A stretch of DNA of 64,000 nucleotides, taken from the NCBI GenBank assembly GCA_043228905.1, contig JBHGNT010000013.1, positions 8,122,001-8,186,000 of the forward strand. Reading direction: 5' to 3'. Both the position numbers and the translations under genes were made by a program. Below the pieces are notes generated by a model that was not told the origin of the DNA, made no database searches, and saw only the letters and a list, made by a program, of their open reading frames with translations. The stretch comes from Azolla caroliniana. Taxonomy: Eukaryota; Plantae; Polypodiophyta. Shown here in pieces: positions 1 through 11,574 of this stretch (the first letter of the stretch is position 1; each line of letters opens with the position of its first letter).

Positions 1-770
1 CTTGGTTCTTCTCGGAGTTGGATTCACATCGATCCAACTCATCCTTATCACTGCCATCCTCCGACATCTTTTTCTTTCCCTTCTCTTCGTGCGTAAGCCG
101 TCTCCTCGGCTTCTTGCGCGGGGAATGCACGACCGAGTCACCACTACTCGCCGGCTCTGCGTCTGACTGGTCATGCTGACTCAGTCGCTCATTCGGCCCA
201 CTTAGCCTAAATAAGCTCGGACTCTCTTCAAGAGCTCCGATGTCTCCCTCATCCAGAGGCATTTCAGCCTCGCTGACGTCTTCGTCAGTGATCGGAATGG
301 AGTCGTTAGTGGTTGGAGGCGAAGGCAAGTACCACGACGCGGACTCGTCGAACACAACATCACGACTTACGCGAGCTTGTTTGGTTCGGGGATTATAACA
401 CTTATAACCCTTTTGTTCGTCTGAGTAGTCATTCAAGATACACTTCTCGGCTTTGGTGTCCAGCTTCCTCTGTTACTCCTTCGGCACATGCACATACACG
501 ATGCTACCGAAAACCCTCAAGTGTGCCAAGTTCGGCTTCTTCGTGAAGTACAATTCATGTGGTGATGCTCCGCCATTAGCAGAAGTCCGATTCTGCAGGT
601 AAACAGATGTCCATACAGCTTCAGCCCAATAAAATTTTGGCATATGTTGCTCTTCCAGCATTGCCCTGGCCGCCTCTTCGATCATCCGATTTTTCTGCTC
701 GGCCACGCCATTCTACTGCGATGTGTATCTGCAGAAGAATTTGCGCTGAATTCCTTCGTCCTGTAGATAA
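1..770 (-). pseudogene. Ty1/copia (Ale-like, family B) integrase C-terminal fragment, degenerate
   Basis: Minus-strand ORF 473-706 (AEQKNRMIEEAARAML..PKFYWAEAV..HLRVFGSIVYVHVPKE) matches the integrase region of the copia copy at 39285-39848; stops are present. Confidence 0.85.
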
Positions 771-789
771 TTCCTTCAAGCACTTACTG

Positions 790-1600
790 TTGATCTTCAT
801 AATTTGGTTCATCTACAACAGAGAAACATTTATGTGGAACAAAGGATGACAACACGAGCATAACTTAGGTGACAAGGAAACTTGCAAGAACTCAAGGTGG
901 GGATATTAATAGCTACACATGTAGATGGCCATGAGCTAGGGTACCAATTCTGCATTGGTAAAGTTTTGGACGTGATGATGCATTAAAACTTTGTAATACA
1001 TCTATCATTGACATTGGTTAGGTGGATATCATTGTGTATGACTTTACACTGACAAAAGTTGGATGTTTAAGGACAACAACGATATACATAATAAAAGAGA
1101 TATTACCAAGTCTAGAAGATATCTCAGATTGAAGATGAAGAAGATTTACTCCACACAATTTGGAGACACCATTTGGTGAAGACAATGATTTGATTGGTAC
1201 ATTTGAAAATGAGGAGGAAGAGTCACAATTGTATATTATCTATAGTAGTGATTCTCATGAAAAGAAAGATGATATTTATGCAAATAACTCCCAAATGTAT
1301 TTGTTGTGCAACTATATGTAACAAATAAAAACGTTCATTGTTTTGAAATCCTCTGCTTTTGATTTCTTTGAGATCTAAAAACTTATTAGTTGTCATTTTT
1401 CTTTAAAAATACACAAAGTTACTTTTCGTATTTGACCAAAAATTGGCATTTTTCAATTTTACCAAATGGTAAAATTTTCAAATTTTTCATCAAGTTTTAG
1501 AGAACATGTGATACCAGTGTCAAGGTGTTTTGTGAAATGGCAAAGAAAACCCCAAAATCAAACGGAATATTCCTTATCCTTCCACTTGTGAACGCGAACG
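790..1600 (+). mobile_element. Possible DNA-transposon remnant (AT-rich, degenerate coding traces)
   Basis: Short + frame traces LKVGILIATHVDGHELGYQFCIGKVLDVMM (~890-985) and DIIVYDFTLTKVGCLRTTTIYIIKEILP (~1025-1110) resemble C-termini of transposase-associated proteins. It separates two unrelated copia fragments. No TIR or TSD identified. Confidence 0.3.
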
Positions 1601-1604
1601 TGTT

Positions 1605-2749
1605 TCATGAGCAATCCCGAAAAAGAGGACTGGAACGCAATCAAGTGGATACTCCGGTACTTGAAAGGCACCTCGAGTATGTGCCTCCGGTTCGGCTCCG
1701 GAAAACCCCAATTTGACGGATTCATGGATTCGGATATGTCGGTTGATGTGGATACCAGTCGGTCTACATCCGAATATGTCATGACTTATGAAGGGGGACC
1801 TGTATCATGGCAGTCGAGGTTGCAGAAGTCCGTTGCACTGTCGACAACGAAAGCAGAGTACATGGTAGTGGTGGAAGTCAGCAAGGAGACAATCTGGATG
1901 AAGGACTTAATCAGAAAGCTAGGGATCCGGCAGGAGGAATTCCAGCTCTACTATGATAATCAAAGTGCCATCCACCTTGCAAAGAACGTGGCATACCATT
2001 CCCAGACCAAGCACATCTAGAGGAGATATCACTGGCTCCGGGGGAAGGTAGAAGATCAAGACTTTGTGCTGACGAAGATCCACATGAAGGAGAACGGATC
2101 GGATATGCTAACCAAGGTGCTTTCAACCGACAAGCTGGACGTGTGCCGAAGACGGATCAGATTAATGAGAAATCCCATGCCGGAGTGAAGGGGCCGTTTG
2201 TTGGGAATTCGGTCCCTCCGTATGGGATCCGGATGAGAACCGGAGGATCCGGATGAAGGAACCGGATCCGGAAGGGTTCCTCCGGATGAGACCCGGAAAC
2301 CGGATCAAGTGAATCCGGATGGATCCGGTGCAAACCGGATCCAAGGACATAAGTGTAAATATGTTTCATGGTGAGCCCATCGAGGCTATATTTGTAAATA
2401 GCCCCAAATTCATATAAGTATAAATATGACTTAGGGCAATCACTTTGCAGTGATGTTGTTGTTGTATCATCATTGTACATAGAGCGTGAGAGAGAGAGAC
2501 ACACACACACAGAACGAGTTTTTGTTGTAACCGCCGGTTGGCGAAGACATAGAGCTCGAGGTCGTTGCCTCTGATTCTCACATTGTATTCCTCCCCTCAT
2601 AGTGATAGTTGGAGTTCGCGGGCTCCCGTGGTTTTTCCCATTTAGCGTTTCCACATAAACATCCAATGTCATCTAGTTGTTAGTTAGTTTTTTTTCTTCC
2701 ATTCGTTGTTTAAGACTCTGTTGTGGCCGAGCGCTATTTTATGCACACA
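1605..2749 (+). mobile_element. 5'-truncated Tork/Tnt1-like copia: RT end, RNase H, PPT and 3' LTR (2199-~2749)
   Basis: ORF 1607-2020 is nearly collinear with the C-terminus of the 6815-10888 polyprotein. The PPT-like gaagggg is followed by TGTTGGGAATTCGGTCCCTCCG, which resembles the LTR at 6108. The LTR ends ..CACA, abutting gypsy RT codons. Confidence 0.85.
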
Positions 2750-3285
2750 ATGCGGACTTCGATTGGATTGGTACAGGTGTGCACCCTACCTCAAGGCACA
2801 ACCAGCTTTGTAGCACACATGGTCAATGTCGTGAACAAAGTACTAAGAGACTTCATCCCAGATATTACGATGCCTTTCCTCGATGATATCCCTATAAAAG
2901 GGTGCCCAAAATCAGAAAAGGACGAGGCTTTAGATCAAGATGGATGTCGAAGATTTGTTTCAAACCATATTGAAGACTGCAAGAGAGTGCTACAAAGGCT
3001 AGAAGGAGTTAGGCTCACATTTTTCGGAGAAAAGTCAGCATTCGCCCAACGCGAGGTCCTAGTAGTGGGACATCTTTGCAAACCATACGGACGGAAACCC
3101 TCTCCTAATAAGGTGAATGTTATTCAAGAGATGCGAGAAGAATGTATATCCCAAACAAAGGTGCGAAGATTCTTGGGAGCGTGTGCCTTTTATCATATCT
3201 GGATTCCGCACTACGCTCATGTCGTCGAGCCATTATATGGATTGCTAAAGAAAAGAAAGAAGTTCGAATGGTGAGAGGAGCATAT
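2750..3285 (+). pseudogene. Ty3/gypsy family C copy 1, RT segment (interrupted by chromovirus at 3286)
   Basis: TMRTSIGLVQVCTLPQG..MPFLDDIPIKG..VRRFLGACAFYHIWIPHY is homologous to the minus-strand RT at 29038-29598. The reading frame resumes at 13979 (HPNVMRRLKKLLLEAPAL). Confidence 0.9.
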
Positions 3286-3751
3286 TGTCATGTATATATA
3301 AAACCCAATAAGCTGAATAAGTTTTATGATGATTTGAACCCATGACCTCATCAAAGAAAGGATACAACCCCAACCATTAGGATATATCATATTGTATATA
3401 TTAAATAATAAATTCTATTATATCAATAGGAAATTAATATAATAATATTATTGAAATGTCGCCACCTTGCATAGGCTAACACATGATTTCCAAGTGGCAT
3501 GCTTGCATGAATGCCAAGTGGCGATCATGCGTGCCTATGAGGTGACGAGCATGCATGTATCCAAACCATACTATATAAACATGTATTTGACTATTGATGA
3601 ACCATTCTAGTTCAACGCCAGTCTTCGGCATATTCTTATAAACATTGCTCTCGTTGTTAATACATTATCAAATTATTCTTATCTCTCTCATATCTTTCGT
3701 TTCTCATTCTCTTCTTCATTTTAAAACTCATTTCTAGCTTTGCCCCTGACA
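3286..3751 (+). repeat. 5' LTR of chromovirus D
   Basis: Direct repeat of 13506-13978, TG..CA ends, TATATAAA at 3572. Confidence 0.92.
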
Positions 3752-3753
3752 GT

Positions 3754-3765
3754 TTGAACCAGAAT
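3754..3765 (+). other. Self-complementary primer-binding site (not tRNA-type)
   Basis: TTGAACCAGAAT is the reverse complement of ATTCTGGTTCAA in the LTR (13822-13833 exact; 3604-3615 with one mismatch), 32 nt downstream of the TATA box. Confidence 0.8.
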
Positions 3766-6107
3766 TTTCCTCCCTTCTCTCTTTCTTTTTGTGTCTCTTT
3801 CACTCTCTGTCTCTTTCTCTCTCTTTTCCTTCCTTCCTTGTCCTTGAGAATCTTGCCAAACATTATCCTCTCCATGTAGTCAATTAGCAAGCAAGAGTAT
3901 GTTCGAGTCGTCTCTGAACTAGAGCATCTCACAAATAAGTTTGTGGCGTTAGAACAAGAGAATCAACGATTTCTTGGATATTTGCAATAAGTAAGCATAG
4001 AAAAGGCACAACAATATGATGAGTTATCAACACGTATATTGCAACTCAAAACAACATTGTGGTCTCTTAATCAACAAGCTTCAATGCAACAAACCTCTCC
4101 CAAAGAACCAAATATTTGTTTTCCTGGGAAGTTCAATGGTAATTTATCACAATTTTGAGGGTTTCTAAACCAAGTACGTCTAGTAATTCATATGTACCCT
4201 AATAGGTATCTGATTGATGCAGCTCAAGTTGGACTAGTTGGGACCCTTTTAACAAGAATTGCATTAGTGTGGTTTGCACCACTACTAGAAAAGAAGTCTC
4301 CTCTTCTCCAAGTCTTCAAAGGTTTTATTAGAGAATTTCAAGCAAACTTTGGAGACATTGATAGTGTTAGAACAACTATTAACAAGATTTGAAGACTACG
4401 TCAAGGGGACCGTCCTGCCTCTGCCTATGCGGTAGATTTCTGCCTCCTAGCTTGTGATATTCTGTGGGATGAAGAAGCCTTAATGGATCAATTTCGCTAT
4501 GGACTACAAAATGATGTAAAGGATTTGCTATTAACTTTTCACGAAGATTCAAGATCACTTCCAAAAGCGATAAGTCGTGCAGTGCGATGTGACAACCGCT
4601 TATTTGAGTGACGTTCGAAGCGTCAACTAATGTCACGACCAAGAACGGATCAAACATATGCTTCGGTAGTAGCCTCGACATCTACGAGCACTACCCAAAC
4701 TTCACACATGATTCCATCAGATGGTCCAAGTCCAATGGAGATCGATGTAACACATCGTCAAGGGCCTTTATCTGAAGCTAAGAAGCAAAGATGTCGAGCA
4801 AACCGTCTATGTTTGTATTGCGGTGGTCCTGGATAGATCGCGATCACATGCCCACATAGGCCAAAACGACAAGTAAATCAAGTAAGTATTAGCAAGAATC
4901 TTCATTCCAATTCTCCAGTAAGATTGTCTAGCCCTAGTAGTCCCACATGTCATGGTCAGTCCAATAGTTTTGAAGTTTTGAGTCAACTTAATGAAATATT
5001 AAACGAATAAGTCCAACCAAAATCGGAGCCATTTGGTTGGACAATCCTGAATACATAAAGTCAACCCCAAGTAGTGGTTCCATTTTATCAAATCATGTTA
5101 GTAGAGTTTTTTTAGCACAAGTTGAGCTTAGCACTTCTAGGTGTCATCGAGTTCTTACCTTTGCTCTCTTAGATTCAGGAGCCAACTCTTGTTTTATGGA
5201 CAAAGAATTTGCTTTATCCGAGAAAATCCTATTGAAAAACCTCCCTTGCCCTGCATCTATTGTAGTCATTGATGGTCGCCCTATTTCATTCAGGAATATA
5301 GTTGAAGAATCTGAGCCAATTCGAGTAGTTCTTGGTAGCTTTGTTTGTATGATTTCCTTCAATATAATTAGTAGCCTTGAGCATCCGGTTATCCTTGGTT
5401 TGCCTTGGTTTGCCTTGGTTTGAACTTCATAATTTTGAAATTGACTGGAGAAATCGAACAATCAATGATTTCCAACAGAAACCTGAATCTAGCTGCCTTG
5501 TTACTACCAACCAAGATTCAAAACCTCACCAAATCTCACTCATGTCTCTACAAAAATTACGAGAAGATGGGCAAAAAAATGAAATATTTGTCTTTGTAGT
5601 AATAGCAAACCCATCCTCTAGCTCACAAGGGGCAGGCACTCCCCTCCCTACCAAGTACTTGGATTTTGAAGACATCTTCAACAAAGCTAAAGCTAGTTCT
5701 CTCCCAGACATCGGCCTTATGATTGTCCTATCGATCTATAACCTGGGAAAGAGCCACCATGGAGCCCAATATATAATCTATTATCTTCCAAACTCAAGGC
5801 CCTTAAAGATTATATAGACGAGCACTTGGCAAATGGATTCATTCGACATTCTACAAGGCCTGCTGGTGCACCCATCTTCTTTGTCAAGAAGAAAGATGGA
5901 TCTCTACGACTGGTCGTGGACTATCGAGGTCTAAACAAAATCACAGTTCGAAATAGATATGCTCTACCCTTGATTTCGAGTTTACTAGAGCGTCTTAGTG
6001 GAGCTAAAGTTTTCACAAAGCTAGATCTTCGAGGTGCATATAAGCTTGTTCGGATACGTCCAGGAGATTAATGGAAGACATCATTCCGTACTCGATACGG
6101 ACATTTT

Positions 6108-6783
6108 TGTTGGGATATCGGTCCCTCCGGATGGGATGTCCGGAGATGAATGACGGCAAGCCCGGTTGCGGTTACGGAACCGGAGGATGAAGAGTACCCG
6201 GCATGAAGCCGGATGAAGAGTACCCGGCTACGGAGCCGGATGATGTAGACCCCGGCTACGGAGCCGGATGATGAAGACCCAGCTACGGAGCCGGATGATG
6301 TATGTACCCGGAGAGAGATCCGGATGCGGGGACATATTTGTGAATATGTTTGCCAAGGGCCCTTGTGGCTATATTTGTAAATAGCCTGAAAGTCATATGT
6401 GTATAAATATGACTTAGGGCAAACAGTTTTATGCTGCTGAAAAGTTGCTACTCATTTTTTGTTTTTTTCCTTAGAGAGAGTGAAGAGAGCAGCCGAGAGA
6501 GAGAGAGAGAGACGAAGAGGTCGTTGCCTCTGTGTATTACCGCCGCCTGTGGCGAAGACAGTGAGCTCAAGGTTGTTGCCTTGAAGCTTCACCATTGTAC
6601 ATCTCTGTTCATAGTGATAGTTGGAGTTTGAGGACTCCCGTGGTTTTTCCCGTATAGGGTTTTCCACGTTAATCCCTGTGTTATCGTGTCTTTCTCTGTG
6701 TTTCCTATTTTCTGCTGCATTGATTCGTGATTTCTCGGTTGTGGCCGAACGGTGAAGGCGAATCTGAGCGTAGATTCTCAACA
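6108..6783 (+). repeat. 5' LTR of copia A, with CCGG-rich ~27-bp tandem array in U3 (~6180-6310)
   Basis: TG..CA ends; units like CCGGATGATGAAGACCCGGCTACGGAG repeated about 4-5 times; TATAAATA near 6402. Confidence 0.95.
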
Positions 6784-6786
6784 AAG

Positions 6787-6798
6787 TGGTATCAGAGC
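6787..6798 (+). other. Primer-binding site, initiator tRNA-Met
   Basis: TGGTATCAGAGC 3 nt after the LTR end; the canonical plant iMet PBS. Confidence 0.95.
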
Positions 6799-6814
6799 GA
6801 CGGCAGTGCAGAAA

Positions 6815-9800
6815 ATGGAAGGCGGCAGCAGCGGGCAGCCGGGGATGATGGTGCTGAATGCGCAGAACTACGCCGACTGGAAGATCAAGATGGAGGATCT
6901 TCTGATTGTTCGGGACCTGTACGAACCGATTGACAGGTCGGAAATACCGAAGGGGGTACTTGAGACGGAATGGAGGCTTCTGAACCGGAAAGCCGTTGCA
7001 ACCATTCGGCAATACGTCGACGTGAGCGTTCTACAACATGTGGCGAACGACACCAACGCATACGAGATGTGGCGGAAGCTGTCGGGCCTCTACGAGAGGA
7101 AGAATGCGTTGAACCGGACCTCCCTGATGAGGAAGATAGTGAACCTCAAGTACCGGGACGGCGAGAGTATGGTGGAACACGTAAGCACGTTCATGGGATT
7201 CGTGAACCAGCTTGCGGCGATCAAGTTCCCGTTGGAGGATGCAATGCAAGCCATCATCCTGATGTGTACATTGCCGGACAGCTGGGAGAACTTGGTGGTG
7301 ACTCTCAGCACCTCCTGCGCCGAAGATAACTTGTCCCTACAAACGGTAAAGACAAGTATTTTGAACGAAGAAGCGCGTCGGAGAGATAAAGAACCGGTCT
7401 CCGACTCGAAGGCGCTGCTTACCGAATCGGAACGGGGAAGACAATGGAACCGGAGTCCGCAAAGACGGGAGAAGTCGGGGACCCGGTCGCAGTCAAGAGG
7501 AAGGCCCACGTGCTTCCACTGTGGGAAGCCGGGGCACTTCCGGAAGAATTGTCGGCATTACCGAAAGGACAACGGAGCCGACGACACCGATTCGAAGAAG
7601 TCACCGGAAAGAAACGGTGCATACCGGGGAGCCACGGACCGGAGAGGTCCGGATCGGCGAGGGCAGGACCGGAAAGGAACGACGGCACTCGCGGCAAGTG
7701 AAGAAGAAATCATGCTCATTACCGAAGAGAGGGAGCTGAACCTTGCCGGCGTAGAGATGACCTGGGTGGTCGATTCCGGAGCGTCGTTCCACCTGACCCC
7801 GGAGAAGAAATACTTCTCATCCTACACAGCCGGTGAGCACGGCTTTGTCCGGATGGGAAATGAAGGTACATGCCGGATTGCCGGCATAGGAGACGTGTGG
7901 CTGATGACATCAACCGGATGCAAGATGCTGCTGAAGGATGTTCGACACGTTCCGGAGGTTCGATTGAACCTGATTTCGGCCGGGAGGCTAGACGATGAAG
8001 GCTACACAGGTAGCATCCGGAACGGCGTAATGAAGTTCAGCAAGGGGAGCCTGATAGTGGCTCGGGCCCGAAAAGACAACACACTGTACCTGATGAATGC
8101 CCGGTTATGTCCGGAAGAGTTGAACGTGGCAGCCGACACTGCCGGTGAGCTGTGGCACAAGAGACTGTGCCACATGAGTGAGAAGGGGATGAAGAGGCTT
8201 GCAGAAGACAACCTCATTCCAGTGAAGCATGTGCATCTGGAGAAGTGCACCGATTGCCTGGCCGGTAAGCAGAACCGAGCCTCCTTCCACTCAAGGCCAC
8301 CGACGAGACGTAGTGCACCATTGGAGTTGGTGCACACTGATGTGTGTCAAGTAGAAACGAAGTCACATGGCGGAGCCCAGTACTTCGTGACATTCATTGA
8401 TGACCACAGCCGGAAGCTGTGGTCGGCACCGTTGAAGACAAAGGACCAAGTGTTGTGCGTCTTCAGAGAACTCCACGCGAGAGTGGAAAGGGAATCCGGC
8501 AAGAAGCTGAAAGCGATACGAGCGGATAACGGAGGAGAATACCGAGGGCAATTTGAGGAGTATTGCCGTTCGATGGGAATCCGGCTCGAGTTTACTGTGC
8601 CGAAGACGCCGGAACTGAACGGGCTGGCCGAGAGGATGAACCGGACCATAATGGAGAGGGTCCGGAGTATGCTGGCGCATGCGAAATTACCCAAGGAGTT
8701 TTGGGCTGAGGCAATGTCGACGGCGACATACGTGATAAACAGATCACCCTCAGTACCTTTGGACGGAGACACGCCGCAGAGAGTGTGGACCGGTAAGGAA
8801 GTATCCTACCGGCATCTGAAGGTGTTCGGGTGTCTAGTGTATGTACATGTGGCAAAGGACCGGAGAGGAAAGCTAGATCCAAAGACCCGGCCATGCATAT
8901 TCCTCGGTTACGGCAACGACGAGTTCGGCTACCGAGTATGGGACCCGGTCGACAAGAAGATATTCAGGAGTCGAGATATCATCTTCATGGAGGACAAGAC
9001 ACTCGCCGACTGGGAGTCGGAGAAGAAGATGAAGAGCTCCAAGTCGACCGGTGAGGATCAACTCTACAAGGAGCAGTCCCGACCGGCAAGAGACCGGTTA
9101 GCACTCGAGGATCCGGCCGAAGACGGTGAAGAAACAGAACCGGCCGAAGAAGATGAAAATGATACCGGAACCGGCCCCGATCCCGAAATGGATTCGGATG
9201 AAGAAGAATCGGAAGAACCGGTTACCGAAGCTCCGGAACGGAGATATCCTCTAAGAGAGAGAAGGGCCCCCCGGAGATTTCCGGAACCAGAGCACGTGCT
9301 GCTAACCGACGAGGGGGAGCCGGAGAGCTTTGAAGAAGCGAAGCATGACACCCAGAGCCGCAGGTGGTTGAGTGCCATGCAGGACGAGATGGATTCCCTG
9401 CATGAGAACCACACATATGAACTTGTGGAATTGCCGAAAGGAAAACGGGCACTCCGTAACAAGTGGGTGTTCAAGCTGAAACCGGGAGATGCCGAAACCC
9501 CCCCGAGATACAAAGCCAGGATCGTGGTGAAGGGGTTTCAGCAGAAGAAGGGCGTCGACTTCGACAAGATATTTGCCCCGGTAGTGAAGATGACCTCCAT
9601 CCGGACGGTGCTGAGCATAGCGGCAAGCATGGACCTCGAGGTAGAACAGATGGACGTGAAGACGGCATTCCTTCACGGTGACCTCGAAGAAGAGATATAC
9701 ATGCAGCAACCGGAAGGATTCGAGAAGAAAGAGAAGGAGCATTTGGTATGCCGGTTGAAGAAGAGCCTTTATGGTTTGAAGCAGGCTCCCCGGCAGTGGT

Positions 9801-10888
9801 ACCGAAAGTTTGACTCCTTCATGACCGATGAAGGGTACCACAAAACGCAGTCCGACCACTGCGTGTTTGTGAAGAAGTTCGACGGAGGAGACTCTCTAAT
9901 ACTCCTCCTGTACGTGGACGACATGTTGATCGTCGGACGGGACCAGGTCAAGATACGGATGCTGAAGAAGGCTCTTCACCGAACCTTCTCAATGAAAGAC
10001 CTGGGTCCGGCGAGGCAAATACTAGGGATGCACATCATCCGGGACCGGAAGAAGAAGCAGTTGTGGCTGTCACAGGAGAAGTACGTGACAAAGGTGCTTC
10101 AACGGTTCAACATGTCGGAAGCAAGACCGGTCGGATCGTCCCTCCCGGCAAACTGCAAGTTGTCCAGCAAGCAAAGCCCCAAGACAAAGGCTGAGAAGGA
10201 GGACATGATGAAAGTACCATATGCCTCTGCCGTCGGGAGCTTGATGTACGCGATGGTGTGTACCCGACCGGACATAGGATACGCAGTCGGAGTGGTGAGC
10301 CGGTACATGAGCAATCCCGGCAAAGAGCACTGGAACGCGGTCAAGTGGATACTCCGATACCTGAAGGGCACGGCAAACGTGTGCCTCCGATTCGGCTCCG
10401 GTAAGCCCGAACTCGACGGCTTCACTGATTCGGATATGTCGGCTAATGCAGATACCAGCCGGTCCACATCAGGGTATGTGATGACGTATGCAGGGGGAGC
10501 TGTCTCGTGGCAGTCGAGGCTGCAGAAGACGGTTGCGTTGTCAACCACGGAGGCGGAGTACATGGCGGCTGTTGAAGCCGGCAAGGAAATAATATGGATG
10601 AAGGACTTCATTAGAGAGCTCGGTATCCGGCAGGAGGAGTACCGACTCTACTGCGATAGTCAGAGTGCCATCCACCTTGCGAAGAACGCGGCCTATCACT
10701 CCCGGACGAAGCACATCCAGCGAAGATATCACTGGATCCGGGAAAGGATAGAAGACCAGGAGTTCGTGCTGACGAAGATCCACACGGACGAAAACGGCTC
10801 AGATATGCTGACTAAAGTGCTCACACCCGACAAGCTGGAAGCATGCCGGAAGAGAATCGGATTGGAGAGACATCCCATGCCGAAGTGA
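6815..10888 (+). CDS. Copia Gag-Pol polyprotein (GAG, CCHC, PR, INT, RT, RNase H), 1357 aa
   Basis: Uninterrupted ORF; first ATG after the PBS is at 6815. Motifs CFHCGKPGHFRKNC, WVVDSGAS, LWHKRLCH, VHTDVC/RADNGGEY/AERMNRT, QMDVKTAFLHG, LLYVDDML, FTDSD, SRTKHI. Confidence 0.96.
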   Translation: MEGGSSGQPGMMVLNAQNYADWKIKMEDLLIVRDLYEPIDRSEIPKGVLETEWRLLNRKAVATIRQYVDVSVLQHVANDTNAYEMWRKLSGLYERKNALNRTSLMRKIVNLKYRDGESMVEHVSTFMGFVNQLAAIKFPLEDAMQAIILMCTLPDSWENLVVTLSTSCAEDNLSLQTVKTSILNEEARRRDKEPVSDSKALLTESERGRQWNRSPQRREKSGTRSQSRGRPTCFHCGKPGHFRKNCRHYRKDNGADDTDSKKSPERNGAYRGATDRRGPDRRGQDRKGTTALAASEEEIMLITEERELNLAGVEMTWVVDSGASFHLTPEKKYFSSYTAGEHGFVRMGNEGTCRIAGIGDVWLMTSTGCKMLLKDVRHVPEVRLNLISAGRLDDEGYTGSIRNGVMKFSKGSLIVARARKDNTLYLMNARLCPEELNVAADTAGELWHKRLCHMSEKGMKRLAEDNLIPVKHVHLEKCTDCLAGKQNRASFHSRPPTRRSAPLELVHTDVCQVETKSHGGAQYFVTFIDDHSRKLWSAPLKTKDQVLCVFRELHARVERESGKKLKAIRADNGGEYRGQFEEYCRSMGIRLEFTVPKTPELNGLAERMNRTIMERVRSMLAHAKLPKEFWAEAMSTATYVINRSPSVPLDGDTPQRVWTGKEVSYRHLKVFGCLVYVHVAKDRRGKLDPKTRPCIFLGYGNDEFGYRVWDPVDKKIFRSRDIIFMEDKTLADWESEKKMKSSKSTGEDQLYKEQSRPARDRLALEDPAEDGEETEPAEEDENDTGTGPDPEMDSDEEESEEPVTEAPERRYPLRERRAPRRFPEPEHVLLTDEGEPESFEEAKHDTQSRRWLSAMQDEMDSLHENHTYELVELPKGKRALRNKWVFKLKPGDAETPPRYKARIVVKGFQQKKGVDFDKIFAPVVKMTSIRTVLSIAASMDLEVEQMDVKTAFLHGDLEEEIYMQQPEGFEKKEKEHLVCRLKKSLYGLKQAPRQWYRKFDSFMTDEGYHKTQSDHCVFVKKFDGGDSLILLLYVDDMLIVGRDQVKIRMLKKALHRTFSMKDLGPARQILGMHIIRDRKKKQLWLSQEKYVTKVLQRFNMSEARPVGSSLPANCKLSSKQSPKTKAEKEDMMKVPYASAVGSLMYAMVCTRPDIGYAVGVVSRYMSNPGKEHWNAVKWILRYLKGTANVCLRFGSGKPELDGFTDSDMSANADTSRSTSGYVMTYAGGAVSWQSRLQKTVALSTTEAEYMAAVEAGKEIIWMKDFIRELGIRQEEYRLYCDSQSAIHLAKNAAYHSRTKHIQRRYHWIRERIEDQEFVLTKIHTDENGSDMLTKVLTPDKLEACRKRIGLERHPMPK

Positions 10889-10898
10889 AGGGGGAGTT

Positions 10899-11574
10899 TG
10901 TTGGGATATCGGTCCCTCCGGATGGGATGTCCGGAGATGAATGACGGCAAGCCCGGTTGCGGTTACGGAACCGGAGGATGAAGAGTACCCGGCATGAAGC
11001 CGGATGAAGAGTACCCGGCTACGGAGCCGGATGATGTAGACCCCGGCTACGGAGCCGGATGATGAAGACCCGGCTACGGAGCCGGATGATGTATGTACCC
11101 GGAGAGAGATCCGGATGCGGGGACATATTTGTGAATATGTTTGCCAAGGGCCCTTGTGGCTATATTTGTAAATAGCCTGAAAGTCATATGTGTATAAATA
11201 TGACTTAGGGCAAACAGTTTTATGCTGCTGAAAAGTTGCTACTCATTTTTTGTTTTTTTCCTTAGAGAGAGTGAAGAGAGCAGCCGAGAGAGAGAGAGAG
11301 AGACGAAGAGGTCGTTGCCTCTGTGTATTACCGCCGCCTGTGGCGAAGACAGTGAGCTCAAGGTTGTTGCCTTGAAGCTTCACCATTGTACATCTCTGTT
11401 CATAGTGATAGTTGGAGTTTGAGGACTCCCGTGGTTTTTCCCGTATAGGGTTTTCCACGTTAATCCCTGTGTTATCGTGTCTTTCTCTGTGTTTCCTATT
11501 TTCTGTTGCATTGATTCGTGATTTCTCGGTTGTGGCCGAACGGTGAAGGCGAATCTGAGCGTAGATTCTCAACA
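10899..11574 (+). repeat. 3' LTR of copia A
   Basis: Near-identical to 6108-6783; preceded by the PPT. Confidence 0.96.

Larger units (their letters stand above)
6108..11574 (+). mobile_element. Intact young Ty1/copia LTR retrotransposon (Tork/Tnt1-like, family A)
   Basis: 676-bp LTRs 6108-6783 and 10899-11574 (2 differences seen by eye); TSD ATTTT at 6103-6107 and 11575-11579; PBS TGGTATCAGAGC; PPT GAAGGGGGAG. Removing it restores the host RT frame RYGHFKYTVMPFG. Confidence 0.97.

Noticed and set aside
6752-6814. GTG start giving a 1378-aa protein
   Set aside because: It lies in the LTR U5/PBS region; the first ATG after the PBS (6815) is the plausible start.
6868-10950. Numerous antisense and alternative-frame ORFs over copia A and C2
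   Set aside because: Expected shadows of GC-rich coding sequence; no motifs.
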